Source: Haplodiscus bocki (taxonomy: Eukaryota). Taken from it: 64,000 nt of DNA. The stretch lies in NCBI GenBank assembly GCA_965655095.1, contig OZ296654.1, positions 8,928,001 through 8,992,000 of the forward strand, in the 5' to 3' direction. How positions within the stretch are numbered: the stretch's first letter is position 1; each line of letters starts with the position of its first letter. A program made the position numbers and the translations under genes. Below, one piece after another: positions 1 to 12,800 of the stretch. The notes under the pieces were generated by a model. The model was not told the origin of the DNA and did no database searches. It worked only from the letters and a program-made list of their open reading frames with translations.

Positions 1-479
1 TCTCTGCATTAAATGTAAGTAATAGCAGAGCAAATCCTCATCGCTTGGGTATACACTGTTGACCGTTTTCACAAACTTCAAGTAGAAACAAAAGTATCGA
101 CCAAGAAGTTTTACACAATTTTATAGAATTGAACATCAAAACGATTGAAAACGAGTATACCATAATATTACGATGAATTTCAGAAAACTTCAGAAGATAT
201 CAGGGTAATTCAACTTCTACTCATATTTTCCATGCGGTTAAAATTGATTTAAGTTTCAATATGTTAACAGAATGCAGAGTTGATGCTAAGATTCATTCTT
301 AACTGGTAGAGTCTACACTTCCTTAGAAAAAAGAGATCGATGTGTGATCAACAAATTGAACACTATTGCTCCAAAACTTTCGACAGACGTTGAAACTCTG
401 ATCAAATGACGTTGATCTTCAATTGGCGCAAACCTAACAAGCACAAGTTCAGTCAAATCAAAAGGACATTCTAACTGAC

Positions 480-862
480 CATCGAGTGATCTCCTTGCTT
501 TTTCTCTGGTTCTCCATCTCCATATCAGCCACACTTTCTTCCAGCGCGTCTCTCTTCATCTGCAGCTGGTTATTGAGATCCACCAACTTCTCTTTCTCTC
601 CAATCAATTCTTCTCTCGACTTAACCAACTCGTCTCTGAACCTCTCCAGCTGGGCCTTCTCACTAGACACGATGTCTAGCTGTTTGCCCTTTCGGTCTCG
701 GTCACGTGACGTATCCTCGTGTTTTTTGCGCAATTCATCAAGGTCGTCCTTGAATTTGGACACCTGTCGCTCCAGTTGAAGTCTCTGGTTGTACTCGTCG
801 TCCATCTGGCGTTTCACTTGGGCATATTTGTCTTCGCTGTTGGTTAGCTTAGATCTCGCTTC
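480..862 (-). CDS. CROCC: Rootletin coding exon 9
   Basis: Acceptor CTCTAG, donor GTCAGT; E/K/R/L-rich heptad coiled coil. Confidence 0.82.
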
Positions 863-3800
863 CTAGAGAACACAAGACTCTTCTTTTTATGCAAAGAAGT
901 TTCAAGGTCAAAATACAAATTTATCATGTGTTTATTTTGCACAATTTCCCAATTTTTAAACAGTTAGATCTTTTAGCTGCATGAAACGAATCACGGATAT
1001 CTCCTAGATGAGTAAGATGTCTTAGAAGCTTTTCTAATGACTGGAGCTAAACTTCGAAATACTAAAATTTTACAATTTCAAAATCATGAAAAATGCCAGA
1101 ACCAGCATTCCAATTTTTGATCTTCTGTTATATGAACTATTTCTGAAAAGGTCAAGACATGTCCGAATGATATCGATTACTTTTGGCATCAATATTAAAA
1201 ATCCCAACAGTTGCCATCCTTCACAGAAAACAATTTCAAGCATTCGCGGAAATTTCTAATTACACCATAATTCTTGTGTATACAAAATGGTGAATTGGTA
1301 TTCTATGCACATTTTAGAGAAGATAAGAGAAACAGATGCCTTCCGAATGAATAATGACGTAACTAAGGACCTGTAACTGCATCTGTCTTTTGCTGAGCAC
1401 TACTTGCACTGCGTTCAGAGTGGAGTCAGACAGAGCAGGCGAATGGGATCGACCGTTAGACCTCGCCCTAGTCGGACTGGCTGATCTGTCCAGACGCGCT
1501 CTCAGCTTCGGCAACTCTTCCGGAGTGTCAAACTCATCGCCAAACAGAGAACTGAAACGACAAACACACCAATAGTATTATACCTGAATACCAATAGTAT
1601 TCCTTCTGCCCTTAGTTAACGAAGTCCTGAATGAAATTGGTGTTCCTCGAGGCGTGAAAATAATCAAAATAAGCAGAAATTTGGCCTTAGGCGTTAACTT
1701 TTCCAAGATGAATCCGAAGTAAGAATCTATTTATTGCATCAGTTGCTTTTTTCAGTCAATTGTCGAAATTCAAGACCATTTAGCAACTTTGCACAACAGT
1801 TTCCCGCCTTTGGTTTTCATTTTAATGTACTCCGCGGTTCCTATAAAGAGTCGGGGTGGGTTATATTTAGAAGGGGGTCTGATTGAAAGTAGCTGGCATT
1901 TGAGAGGGGGTTCTTACAAACAGGGGGTCCATTTTTTTTCTGATTCATCAGCTTTTTTCGTCTCAAATTTGGAATTTAATGGGGTTTCTACCAATACTTG
2001 TATCGAGGTCGGGAGAACGTAGACTTTGAGTCGCTGATAAAGCAAATTCAACCATGTGAACAGAAAACTACCAAACGATTCCTAAAGTTTCAGAAAATTC
2101 AAAATTCCATACCAGGAGGGAGGTCAAAATTGGAGACGGATAGCCAATTTTGAGGCTCAGACAGTAAGAGGGGGTGACTCTTGAAAGGAACCGCAGAGCA
2201 GGTAAAAAGTTTTGCTTCTATAAATTCCGGTCAAAAACAGACAAGGCGATCAGTTTCATTATTATACGAAAAATGGGGTGCCAGTTTCGTATGCGGTCTT
2301 CATTTCACCTTCTGTTCTAGTATGCGGTCTACAATCTACAAATGCATCGAATTTATCTGACAAAAAAAGCTCTCAAGTATATTTAAGATCAACCTTTGGG
2401 GGCACGAGAACGAAAGCATCGTTTTGCTTCGTAAATCACAAACATTTGTAGACTGGTACCAAAAATAGTTCAATTGAGAGAATATGTTCCACTAACTTGG
2501 CCGTGTTAGCATCGTTGATCACAATCTGGGCAATGTCTCTCATGCTCTGGTTCAACACTTCATTCTGTCTACGCATGTCCAACATCTTCGGCGAGTCATC
2601 GCCCTGGAAAACACGATGCATGTTTGATCAGAGAACTGTAACAAAACTGAGTGGTTTTTCACACATTTTTTGGCCAAATGAGTACATTTACTAAAGTAGG
2701 TGGTCTTTAGTTCAATTATCAATTTCCGTCGTAAATTATTACCAAATGAAAACATTTAATTCAAACGAGGAGTTTTGAGGGCTTCGAGCGATAGCCGAGA
2801 ATGCCCTATTGTAAACCGTTTAATTTGAAAAAAATTTTTTGATCATCTTTGTGTGACATTTCTGGACTTATCAGACCTCAAACGCCCATATCTTCTCGGC
2901 GAATCATCGGAGCAACTTGGTTTTTGATTTTTATCTACATTGAAAAGGGTTGTCTAATGATCCAAAAAATTGCCGATTTTTCCACGCCGGAGTCATTAGA
3001 CCAAAAAAATTTCCGCTGATTTCTTCCAAGCGAAGTTGTTTATAAGCTGATTTTAACTTTGGCGAGCCTTCAGTTTTAGAATAGACACCTAGCTACCACT
3101 TCATAACGTACGAAATTACTTGCTTATTCATTTCGAAGTTTTTCCGTTATTGCTGAAGTGAGGGTATCATAAATTTATCAGAAACCTCAGTTTTTTTTGA
3201 AATACCAGATCGACGTTGAGTTGTACACGGGCGTACAATGCCCATTTCTATCACGTCAACTAGCAAAAGGCAATAGGACGGAATAATTTTTCGGGCATAT
3301 ACTAATACTGAAGTGGGGGCATCACACTATTTTTTTTGAAAATTTCACTTTTCTTGAATTTTCTTCATTTAGCTATATTCATAACGAGTTTTGAGGGGTA
3401 AAAGCTAATCTAATCGCGTTGAAAGTTCCAAAGAATGTTCCCAGTGGTTTCGCAATCAAATTAGCAACAAGTTTCTTAAATGGATTTTTGCAACGGAGTT
3501 ATAAGCCGAAACAAAAATTTTCGTATTAGAATATGAATGGGTGTAGACATTGAGTGAACATTTTCAGCTTGTTTCGGTATTTAGGTTCAATGTTTGTTGC
3601 ATAATAGGTTCTTCAAACCGCCAAAGCTACCAGGTACTCATAGGCGCACCCACTCTGAGGGGAAAAGAATGATAATGATTGGTTGTAAAATTACAGAATT
3701 GTAAAATTATTGGAAAAATGTTTATTTTAAATGCTGCCTTCAACGACACTCTCCATAATTGTCGCTTCCTTCAAACACCTTCGCTCGGTCGGAATTGAGC

Positions 3801-6800
3801 AGCTTCGAACGTGCTGTCAGTCTTTTAGATTCGCTGCTCGAAGCCCGTGAGCTAAGTACCTTAGTAACTTTGTTATTTCCTTTTCCACAAATTACCAGTT
3901 ACACGCAGACTTTTTATTTACATAGCAAGTGTAGCAAAGCATATTTCTCGGATCGTGGTTTTATAGGTGTCAGGACGTTTGATACTTGTTAATTTGCTAC
4001 TAGGCCTTTTGCTACTAGAACAAATGCTACTAGGCAGTTTGCTACTAGGTGATAATTGCTACTAGTCAATTTGCTACTATTACTACGTTGCCACTACTTT
4101 TTATCAAGTAATGTACTCAGATATTTACAACTGACGCACTTCCGCTTCATAATTAGCATAATTAACGCAATTTACTAATCTCTTAAGTAATCATCTAATC
4201 GCTATATATATCTGAGACATCAGTTGAATTTTACTCAATTGTCAACTAGCTCATCGAAATGAATATTGAATTTGGAACTTCCAACCGAGGACGCCCAATT
4301 CTCATATACCAAGGTTATGAATACGTCAAAGTTCGAACTTTCATTAATTTCTATGATGAAAACATAGAAAATATTCCTTTCCTAAGGAGCATCGCTCATA
4401 TCCAGTGACTGATTTGTGTTGCATTGACAGGATTTGTTATTCAAGTTATCATTAGTCTTGTGTGTTTTGGAAATTTTTCAAAAAAATACGATTTTCTCGA
4501 AAACTACTGCGAATTGAGAGCCCAAATTTTGAAGCCGGGATCAGGTCATTTTTAGGAGTTTTTTTCTGCCTTTCCCGACACCCCACCCGGTTTTTTCAAC
4601 CTCCAGGAAGTTGGAATTTGTGTCAACCGGGAATTGAATATTTCGGATTTCCTAGAAAAACTGGCAAATGGAAGGTTCGAATTCGTTTCATAAAGTTCAC
4701 ACGAACAAGCAGTACCCATTTGGGAACAAACGCCAAGGTAAAGGAGGTTCAATATCGTAGCAACAGTGCAACGTATAAAATTTTCTGATTGATAGATGAG
4801 TAATTTTATGCACGCGTACGAAAAAAGTTGATTGCTATAGCGTAATGTTTACTTCTCTGCTGTTGAAGCACATACCGCATGTCCAAAATACAGAACGGTT
4901 GTCAATCAAGTTACGAATTTGTTGAAATCGAGTAAGTCATTCTGTTTACGTGTAGACAATTGAGTAAAAATGATGATTTGTTTACTGGTGTTTATTGCTG
5001 TTTACTATTCTGCTTTTGATGCGCGTACCGCACGCTGTCAATCAAATTACGCAATTGTTTAAATTGATTGTGATTATGTACGGCCTTCAAAAATTTTGGA
5101 GTGCGTAGTAGCATTTGGACTATAGTAGCAATGATTACGCAGTAGCAAATGTTACCTAGTAGCAAATGACCTAGTAGCAAATGACCTAGTAGCAATTTAC
5201 GTAGTAGCAAATATCGTAGTAGCAAATGGACTAGTAGCAAAAGTCCTGTAACCGGTTTTATGTCACATGAATGATCAATTCGAAAAGACTAACATAAGTG
5301 TCGACATATTTCTTCAACTGGGCGCTCTTCTGGTTGAGGTCTTCCTTCAGACGATCGGCAGCAGCTCCAATCTCGTTGATCCTAAACCAGAGCAATATGA
5401 AATAGGAGAGCTGAGATGCACCTAATACACAACATCAAAAAATAAATTTTGCTCATTCGTCAATCCGACCTAAACTGTAATCTTTTCGTCATCCATCATT
5501 TCAATCATCTTTCCCACAACTCGCGGCCATTTTTTTTCAATTGAAAAACCATGCACCATAAAAATTCACTAGATGACCACCCAAATATTAAATTATAGTA
5601 AATTAATCTAGTCATAATTACAGCTTACTTTTGGTTGAGATGTCCTCTCTCCAGGTCCCACTGGCCGCTGAGTTCTTGTTGTTGTCTGGCTTTTTCCTTC
5701 AGCTGGTCTTCCAGCACCTGTTTGTCACGTGACAGTCTGTCTATTTCCATGGCCATGTTGCTCTCTTCGTGTTTAAGGTTAGAGGTCAAGTTCATGCACG
5801 CAGATTGCACATTTCGGGCCGCCTTCGAAATCTCACCCCGCACTGCTGTCATGTCTCTGGTAATATATTAATGACTAAATAGGGAGGTTGATTACTAATT
5901 GAGTTGATAAATATCACGTGCAAGCATGCCATGTGTTAATTTTTACTCGGCGCTTTTAGAAAAAGTGCCAACCATTACAGTGAACTTTCTATTTTTTTCA
6001 AGGCCATGGCTTATCATGGCTTCAGGTGGATTCAAGTTTCATTTGAGCCCATCAAATCTAGATTATTCTTCCATTTAGTCTATCAAAATCTGCAAAAAAG
6101 TCCAACAAAAATGGTGAAAAATGACCAAAAATGGGGATCTCAAACTCTGAATATTGGTCCGATTTTCACCAAACAGAACCTTCGTACTCTTATCAAAATT
6201 CTAAGAAGCTTTTGCTTCTACCACTTTTTTCTAAACCTCTTAGTTTTTGAGCATCAAAAAAACGTCAGTCAATTTTTGTTCAGGAGTCCACTTAATTAAA
6301 AACACTACTGTATTGTTGTTTCCTGTAGAAAATGAATTGAAGACTAGCTTCTTTCATCTATTCATCAAGGAATGTCTCTGCTGCTTCTTAATTATTGAAT
6401 GTCAGCTACACGAAGTTCCAGAAAAATTACAATCCAGGATGTCCAAGAAAACAGCCGTAATACGGAATATTGAATTTTGCACAGGTGAAAACGGCTTTTA
6501 CAAAATATCACTTCAATTGCAAAATATCCAAATGCAAAGGATTGTGCTTCACTCACCTATCCTTCATAAAATGGAGATAGTGAACCGTGTCTCAGCTTTT
6601 CAAAACATCAATTTTTCCGATGTCGTTGCTGAAAGACCGCAGCCACAAAGTGAAAATGGCGAGCCAATAAAAAGCAAGTAAAAAACTAGGTGATTATGTT
6701 TCGGTTATGGTGTCATGATGATCATGCCGAATGAAGAAAGCGAGTGAGTTCATTCAATCAGTGTAATAAACGTGAATCTGAAGCCAAAAAAGAAGATGAT

Positions 6801-9800
6801 TTATTGATTCTACAAAAGCAGCATGAAGGGATTTTAAGAAAAACACCCGGAAGTCAAAATGCGTACGTTTACTTGATCATTAGAAGCGTTTGCTAGTAGT
6901 CTAAGATGAGTGTACTCACTTTTCAGTAGAGCTCTTCAATTCAGAGAAGGATCTTCTGAAAGCGACCACCGCCCTCCACAGAGTGAGAAGTCTCGAATGT
7001 TCGTTGCTGAAGTACTCGTTGAATGCCTGAAAATATCAAAATAAAATAAAAACTATGTCGCTTGATTCGAAACTAATCCACTATTAATCACTAATACACC
7101 GAAAAGACATATCTCCTTATGCTAAAACGATCATTTCTTTATCTCAATGGGAACACCATCTTTTTATCAAATTTCACAAAAACGTAATATTGTTTGGTCC
7201 AAAGTAAGCAATATCGACTAGCTTTCAGAATTGTTTTTTTTAAATACATGTTTCAGTTTCAAATGATCACTATAACTTGTATGTTCGAAAACGGGAAGGA
7301 ATTTCTTTTTGGGTCATAACTGAACATGAACCGTTTATTTTAAGAATTCTATCGTTCGTAGTCTTTCAATACTATGCTCAATTCCATTTTGTCAAATTAT
7401 TAGAATCTCTTTCATTCTGATTTTTGCACAATTTTTATAATCTGAAAAAGATGAAATTGTTATTCTGATAACAAATATGTATTATGACATACTCGTTCTT
7501 CTTCGCGCCACTCGGCCTCCATGTTTTCCAGTTCGGACTTCTGTCTCTGCCACTCGGCACTCATCTTCTCGATGTCTTTCTGCAGCTGTCCGTTCACATT
7601 AGTGGCCTCTTTCAACTGCTCAGACAACAAGTTGTTCATCTGGTTCAAACTCGACGCCCTGAAACAAACGAGGCATGCATGTACATTAGATACACAGATG
7701 ATCCAAAATACCACGGTGCTGTCCATGATAAAAGTACCCCCAACTTGAGGTTAAAATGAAGCCATCGCCCTCCAAAATAGGCCGCTTCAGGGCTTGAATA
7801 GCATTTAAAAGTCAGATTCTCCCCGCCAATTTCGATTGCAACAAGTGAAACAAAACTCATTCCAGTAAAAACAAGGCGAGCACAGCTAATAGTCGGCTTG
7901 GCCCATCGGTGGGATACGAAAATTTGTACACAGAGACGAAGCTGCGCTTCGCAACACTTGCGTCAACGGAATACTAGTGAGCAAATCGAATAAATATTAC
8001 TGATTTTTGAAGCATCCACGATACTACTAATACTACTGATAACAAGTGTGTAGACACTAAATTAATTCTTGTACAATTATATACAAGTGAAAAACGTTAT
8101 AATATTTCATTCGCTTCATATTTTAAATAAATACAGAGATTCTCAAGCGACAAAGGCACACAGGGATGGTCAAAATGTAATTGCACTCCTTGCAATTAGT
8201 TTCATAACTTGCAACTAATAGTTGCAACGTTAGCAACTTGAAAATTAATAATTGCAATTATTTCAACGTTGAAAACAAATAGCCAGCAAAGGGATATACT
8301 CAGGTATCAACTGAATTTACGCAATTTTCCACTACATCAAGTGTCCAAAACTTTTTGTTTATCTGCAAGAAGAGTTGCATTTCCAAGTTTTGTGGCAGTA
8401 GACGTTGTCGGATATCAGAATACGTGATATCTGTAGTGCTGAAAAAACGTTCAAGGATATTGGATGTCGGCAGTAAAAATCGAGTCTCGATGTACATTCT
8501 ATCGGGGCTCTTGGTCTCGCACTCCTGCCTTCGCTTCTTGATGATTGAGCTGGCGAAATCTTCTTCCTCATTTACAATTCGAACATCTTCAGGCTGACTG
8601 ACGCTTTGGATTAAGAGATTGGAGATCTCACCTTTCTCATCCTCTGTCAAATCAGACTGTTGACCATTCTGCAAATAGCAAACAGCACTTTCGAAGACGG
8701 GCGATGGACGATCGGTGTCATTGGATCAAGATACTTCTTTGTGCAGCGAAACTCTGAAGTAACCTTTTCAAACAGGCAATTGACGTCGGCAATGGTGATA
8801 TTGTCACGCTGTAATGCCAGTATCACCGATTTCAGTTTCATCATTGGCTCCAAAAAAGCCAAAAGGTCCGCATGTTCTCTTGCAGTTGGTAGATAATCCA
8901 TAACAACTTGCTCCATGGCGAAACTGGAGTCAACCAAGAATGGACGGAGCATGCAATATCGATCGAGCATTTCAAACACTGAGCCATCGTGTGTCATTTT
9001 TGTAAACAGGCCGCAGATCGGTAAGTTTCCGGAGTTTGCCAGAGTTTTAGACCGCGTAGTTTGATCATCAGGTTGTTCACCTTTTCAAGCAGATTGGAGC
9101 TTGTTTTCGTAAATTCTTTGACAGCCAAATTCAGCCGGTGTGAATTGCATCCAAGAAGAGGTAAATTGCATAAGTTAGCAATGGCCTTGTTAACTTCACC
9201 ATTGTCCCCGCAAATGCAAACATTTTCGAATGTCTTTTTGTACAACCCTAATACCCATTCAAAGTAGTCGTAATGGTCCTAGGCGTTGAAACTTGTTTCC
9301 GTTAGCAGCGGTGAAAACGATAGTAATGCTGACTCATATCCCAAATTGTTTTCGCAAGAATAGGAAGAATAGGAGCAAATACACCAACGAAATGAGTCGA
9401 ACTCTTCGACCAACCGTCAATCACTAGCACAAACTGATTGGGCAGCTTGGTTTTAATCACAACTTCCACCTCTTTTCTCACGATCTCCATATATTTCTTC
9501 AGCGTATTCTCCGCAATGGGCGCCAAGTTACAGTATTTCCGCGTTAGCTCGTTCTCCACAAAGTTGAATGGCTTGAGGCCACAGCATATCCATTCTAGCC
9601 AGAGTAAATGTTTGCTGCCTTTTTCGTGCTAGCTGGCTTTGATACTACGAACCTTTGTAGTGTTGACTGAGCGTCCTGTAAATAGTCGGAATGCTGACTT
9701 TTGATATGCTGAAACAGATTGCTCCAACCTGTGTTCGGCTTTTGGGTCAGTATCTTGTCACATCTACACTTCCATTTGCTGTTGTCTTCCGGGAACTCCG

Positions 9801-12800
9801 TAAAATACCGCTTGACGATTGCTTTAACGTTCTGGGCAGGCATTGCATCTAGAAGTAAAGCGGACAAAAATAATGATACAACAAAGCGGACATGTAATAA
9901 GACAACGGAACAATACGGCTTATATTTCTCAGAAAAAGTAATATGAAGCGAATAAAAGCTGCTTATTTCAGAGAAATAGACATACCACAATAGCAATGTA
10001 ATTGCAATTAATTGCGGCCGTTGCAAATAATAATTGCAATGTTTCTACCCTTGCAATTACTTAATTGCAATGCAATAATTGCAATTAATTGCAATGCAAT
10101 CAATTTTTGACCATCTCTGATGGCACAGTTAGGTAGAGCATGAGACTGCGGCGAGAACGGTCCCAAGTTGCAGCTCAGCTCACATTCCCCCCTCTCTGAT
10201 CAAATCTGTGAACTTGTGTTAGTTGTGAACGCACGCATCGGAAAAAAATTATGACTGTATTATAACAATTGCTTGCACAACTGTAATAAACCATAGAGGG
10301 GTGTCACAATTTTGTCATCTCTTTTGTCTCACATTGCCGAGAAATTTCGGTGTGTCTGAGAAATGTGATATTGTAAAGGGAGCATTACGAAAACACTCAA
10401 TATTCGGTTTTAAAAATTTTTTGACGTTGGTGTAATTTGTTGACGACGGTGGAATCAGGAAAACGTTGTTTTGTTTTTTTTTTTGAAAAAAAAATAGTGT
10501 TCGCGTGGGGTATCTCGAAGATTCTAGGAGTTTGCGTTCAGGAAAAATATGCATTAACTTTTTTCAGAAATAACACCGAAGATCCTTGAAAATCTTCGGC
10601 ATTTTCAAACCATTTTTTTTTCAAAAATGATGATTCCCAAAATTATTTCACTGGATAAATTGGAATCAAAAGTTAGTTTTCGATTCGGATCTGAAGGCCC
10701 AAAATTTTTTTGCGTTATGATTGGGAAAACCTTTGAAAAACGACCAAGTCTACAAAAGTTGGGTTTCCAAAACATTTACAAACGATTTTTTTTCGCCGAT
10801 TCGACATAAAGTGTCCGTTCACTCGAACGTTTGAAAAAATGTCTTTCCGTTAAGGATTCAATGAACAGCATTTAATGATTTGAAACGGAAGAAAGCTTTT
10901 CAAAATAGGACCCTGGTGTGGCTTGAAAATCGAAGCGAAAGATCTCAAATTTCTGCCTTCGCTCACATAAAAATAATGATTGACCAAACTAGATTGTATG
11001 CCAACCTTCGCACTTCGTAATGATTACACCTTTGACTTTTCGTAGTTGAAAATTAGGTAATACAAATTAAGCCCACTTTTGTCAGAACGCCCTCAATTCT
11101 CCGCTGAAAAAACATGCTGCGCGAATGCTGGCAGAAATTGAGGGATTATAAAACTTACCGTCGGTATACTGAATTATCTTGAAAAAAACCAAGACCATGG
11201 TTCTTTTTTCCCGAAAAATTCAATTTCAAATAACTTCCTCATACCCCCAAATATTCCTGGATTATACGTCTCGAATATCCTCTACTTTTGCCGGTATGCC
11301 TTTTGGCTGAAATAAATAACCACCAAACTCAAATTTTAGCTAACTTCAAGCAAACGATTAGTTTGGACGTTTCTTTCGAAATTCGATGAAGTTCGTGCCC
11401 AGCTCTCAATTATCCACCCGAAAAAGCTTCGCGACAGCTGGCGGAAAATCGAGAGATTATTAAACTTCCCTTTGGTTGACAGCTTTTCTCAAAAAATCGA
11501 AAACTATTCACAACATTAAAAGTTCTCCTTGAGAGTATTTTGAGACTGAATAAGGAGGGCGACGACTCTGGCCATTCTAAAAAAATCACTTTGAATATAC
11601 ATGCAATCGCACTCCATCATTTCGGGCATCTGGTAAGCTTTTCAACCAACAAAAAGGCCTATTTTTTTCAGAACTCTTTATTTGAATGTGCCAAACTTCA
11701 GGAGACGCTTTAAATAGAAGAAAATCGCCAGTTTCAATTGATATTTTTCCATCCCATAGACAAACTTTAGAAAGTAAATAACTAATGGATTCATTTTCAT
11801 TCAACTTTCGGGTCCTACTAGTCTACGTTTACAGGACGGGACAACAATGCTACGAATCCACATGTTGTGCTTTCAAACCTCAGATTACATCAACTTTTAT
11901 AAAGTCCCGGTAACCCATTAACTATATTTTTAGCATTTTTGAAAACCTGTTCACGTAACCCGACACATCCAGAATGATAGCAAATAAGGTATTTAAGCTA
12001 TTCTGAACACTACAATTTTTCAACCTTTTAACAAAGACTTTCCTCCGTTGATCGCAAGATATTGGCAATACCAATTGTTCAAACACGAAAAAGCTTGATC
12101 TTCACCAAAAAAACTCCCCAATGAAAACTTTGATTTTGCTATCCCTCGATTGTTCTCGTATTAAGCCGTAAAATCAAATTTGGTCCGTATCCATAGATAA
12201 TAGACACGTCAAGACTCTGAAACTTAAGATAACCAAACTTAAAATTTTTTCAAAAATCCATCTTGAGCATGCATTTGGATGGTTGAAACAAGAAAATTTA
12301 TTAATTGAAAACCAGACACAAAATTTTCCTATTATTACCAACTTTTGAATGAATTCAAATTGATTTCCGGCAAATTGATTTCCGGTCAGCTAGTCCCTCG
12401 AACAGAACGTTCACGTACCGCTCAAATATGGTAAATATTTGATCAAAAATTTTTCACGCCGCTGAATTTATTCACCATTTCTGGCAACTATGGACAAAAG
12501 GGCTACCGAAAAAAGAACAAAATGTTTTATTTGCATAACGTTTTTACAAATTTTTCAAAAATTTGCATCAAAAATCGATTTTACTGTTCGAAATTTTAAT
12601 CTTACAAAAATACGCGAGACCAAGCAAAAAATATTCCCAACTAAATACAGAGAGCAAACTCAGTTCAAATATTCATTTCCTACCTTGTATACCGATATCA
12701 TAAATAGTTAATTAGCTTCTATTTTCAAATGAGTCATGCTATAATTTTACCATCTGCGTACGTATAATTTTAATACTAAACGAACCGTAAACGTACAGAA

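Noticed and set aside
4992-5240. Leu-rich ORF (LLLGH)n
   Set aside because: It is a translation of the TAGTAGCAAA terminal repeats of the non-autonomous MULE.
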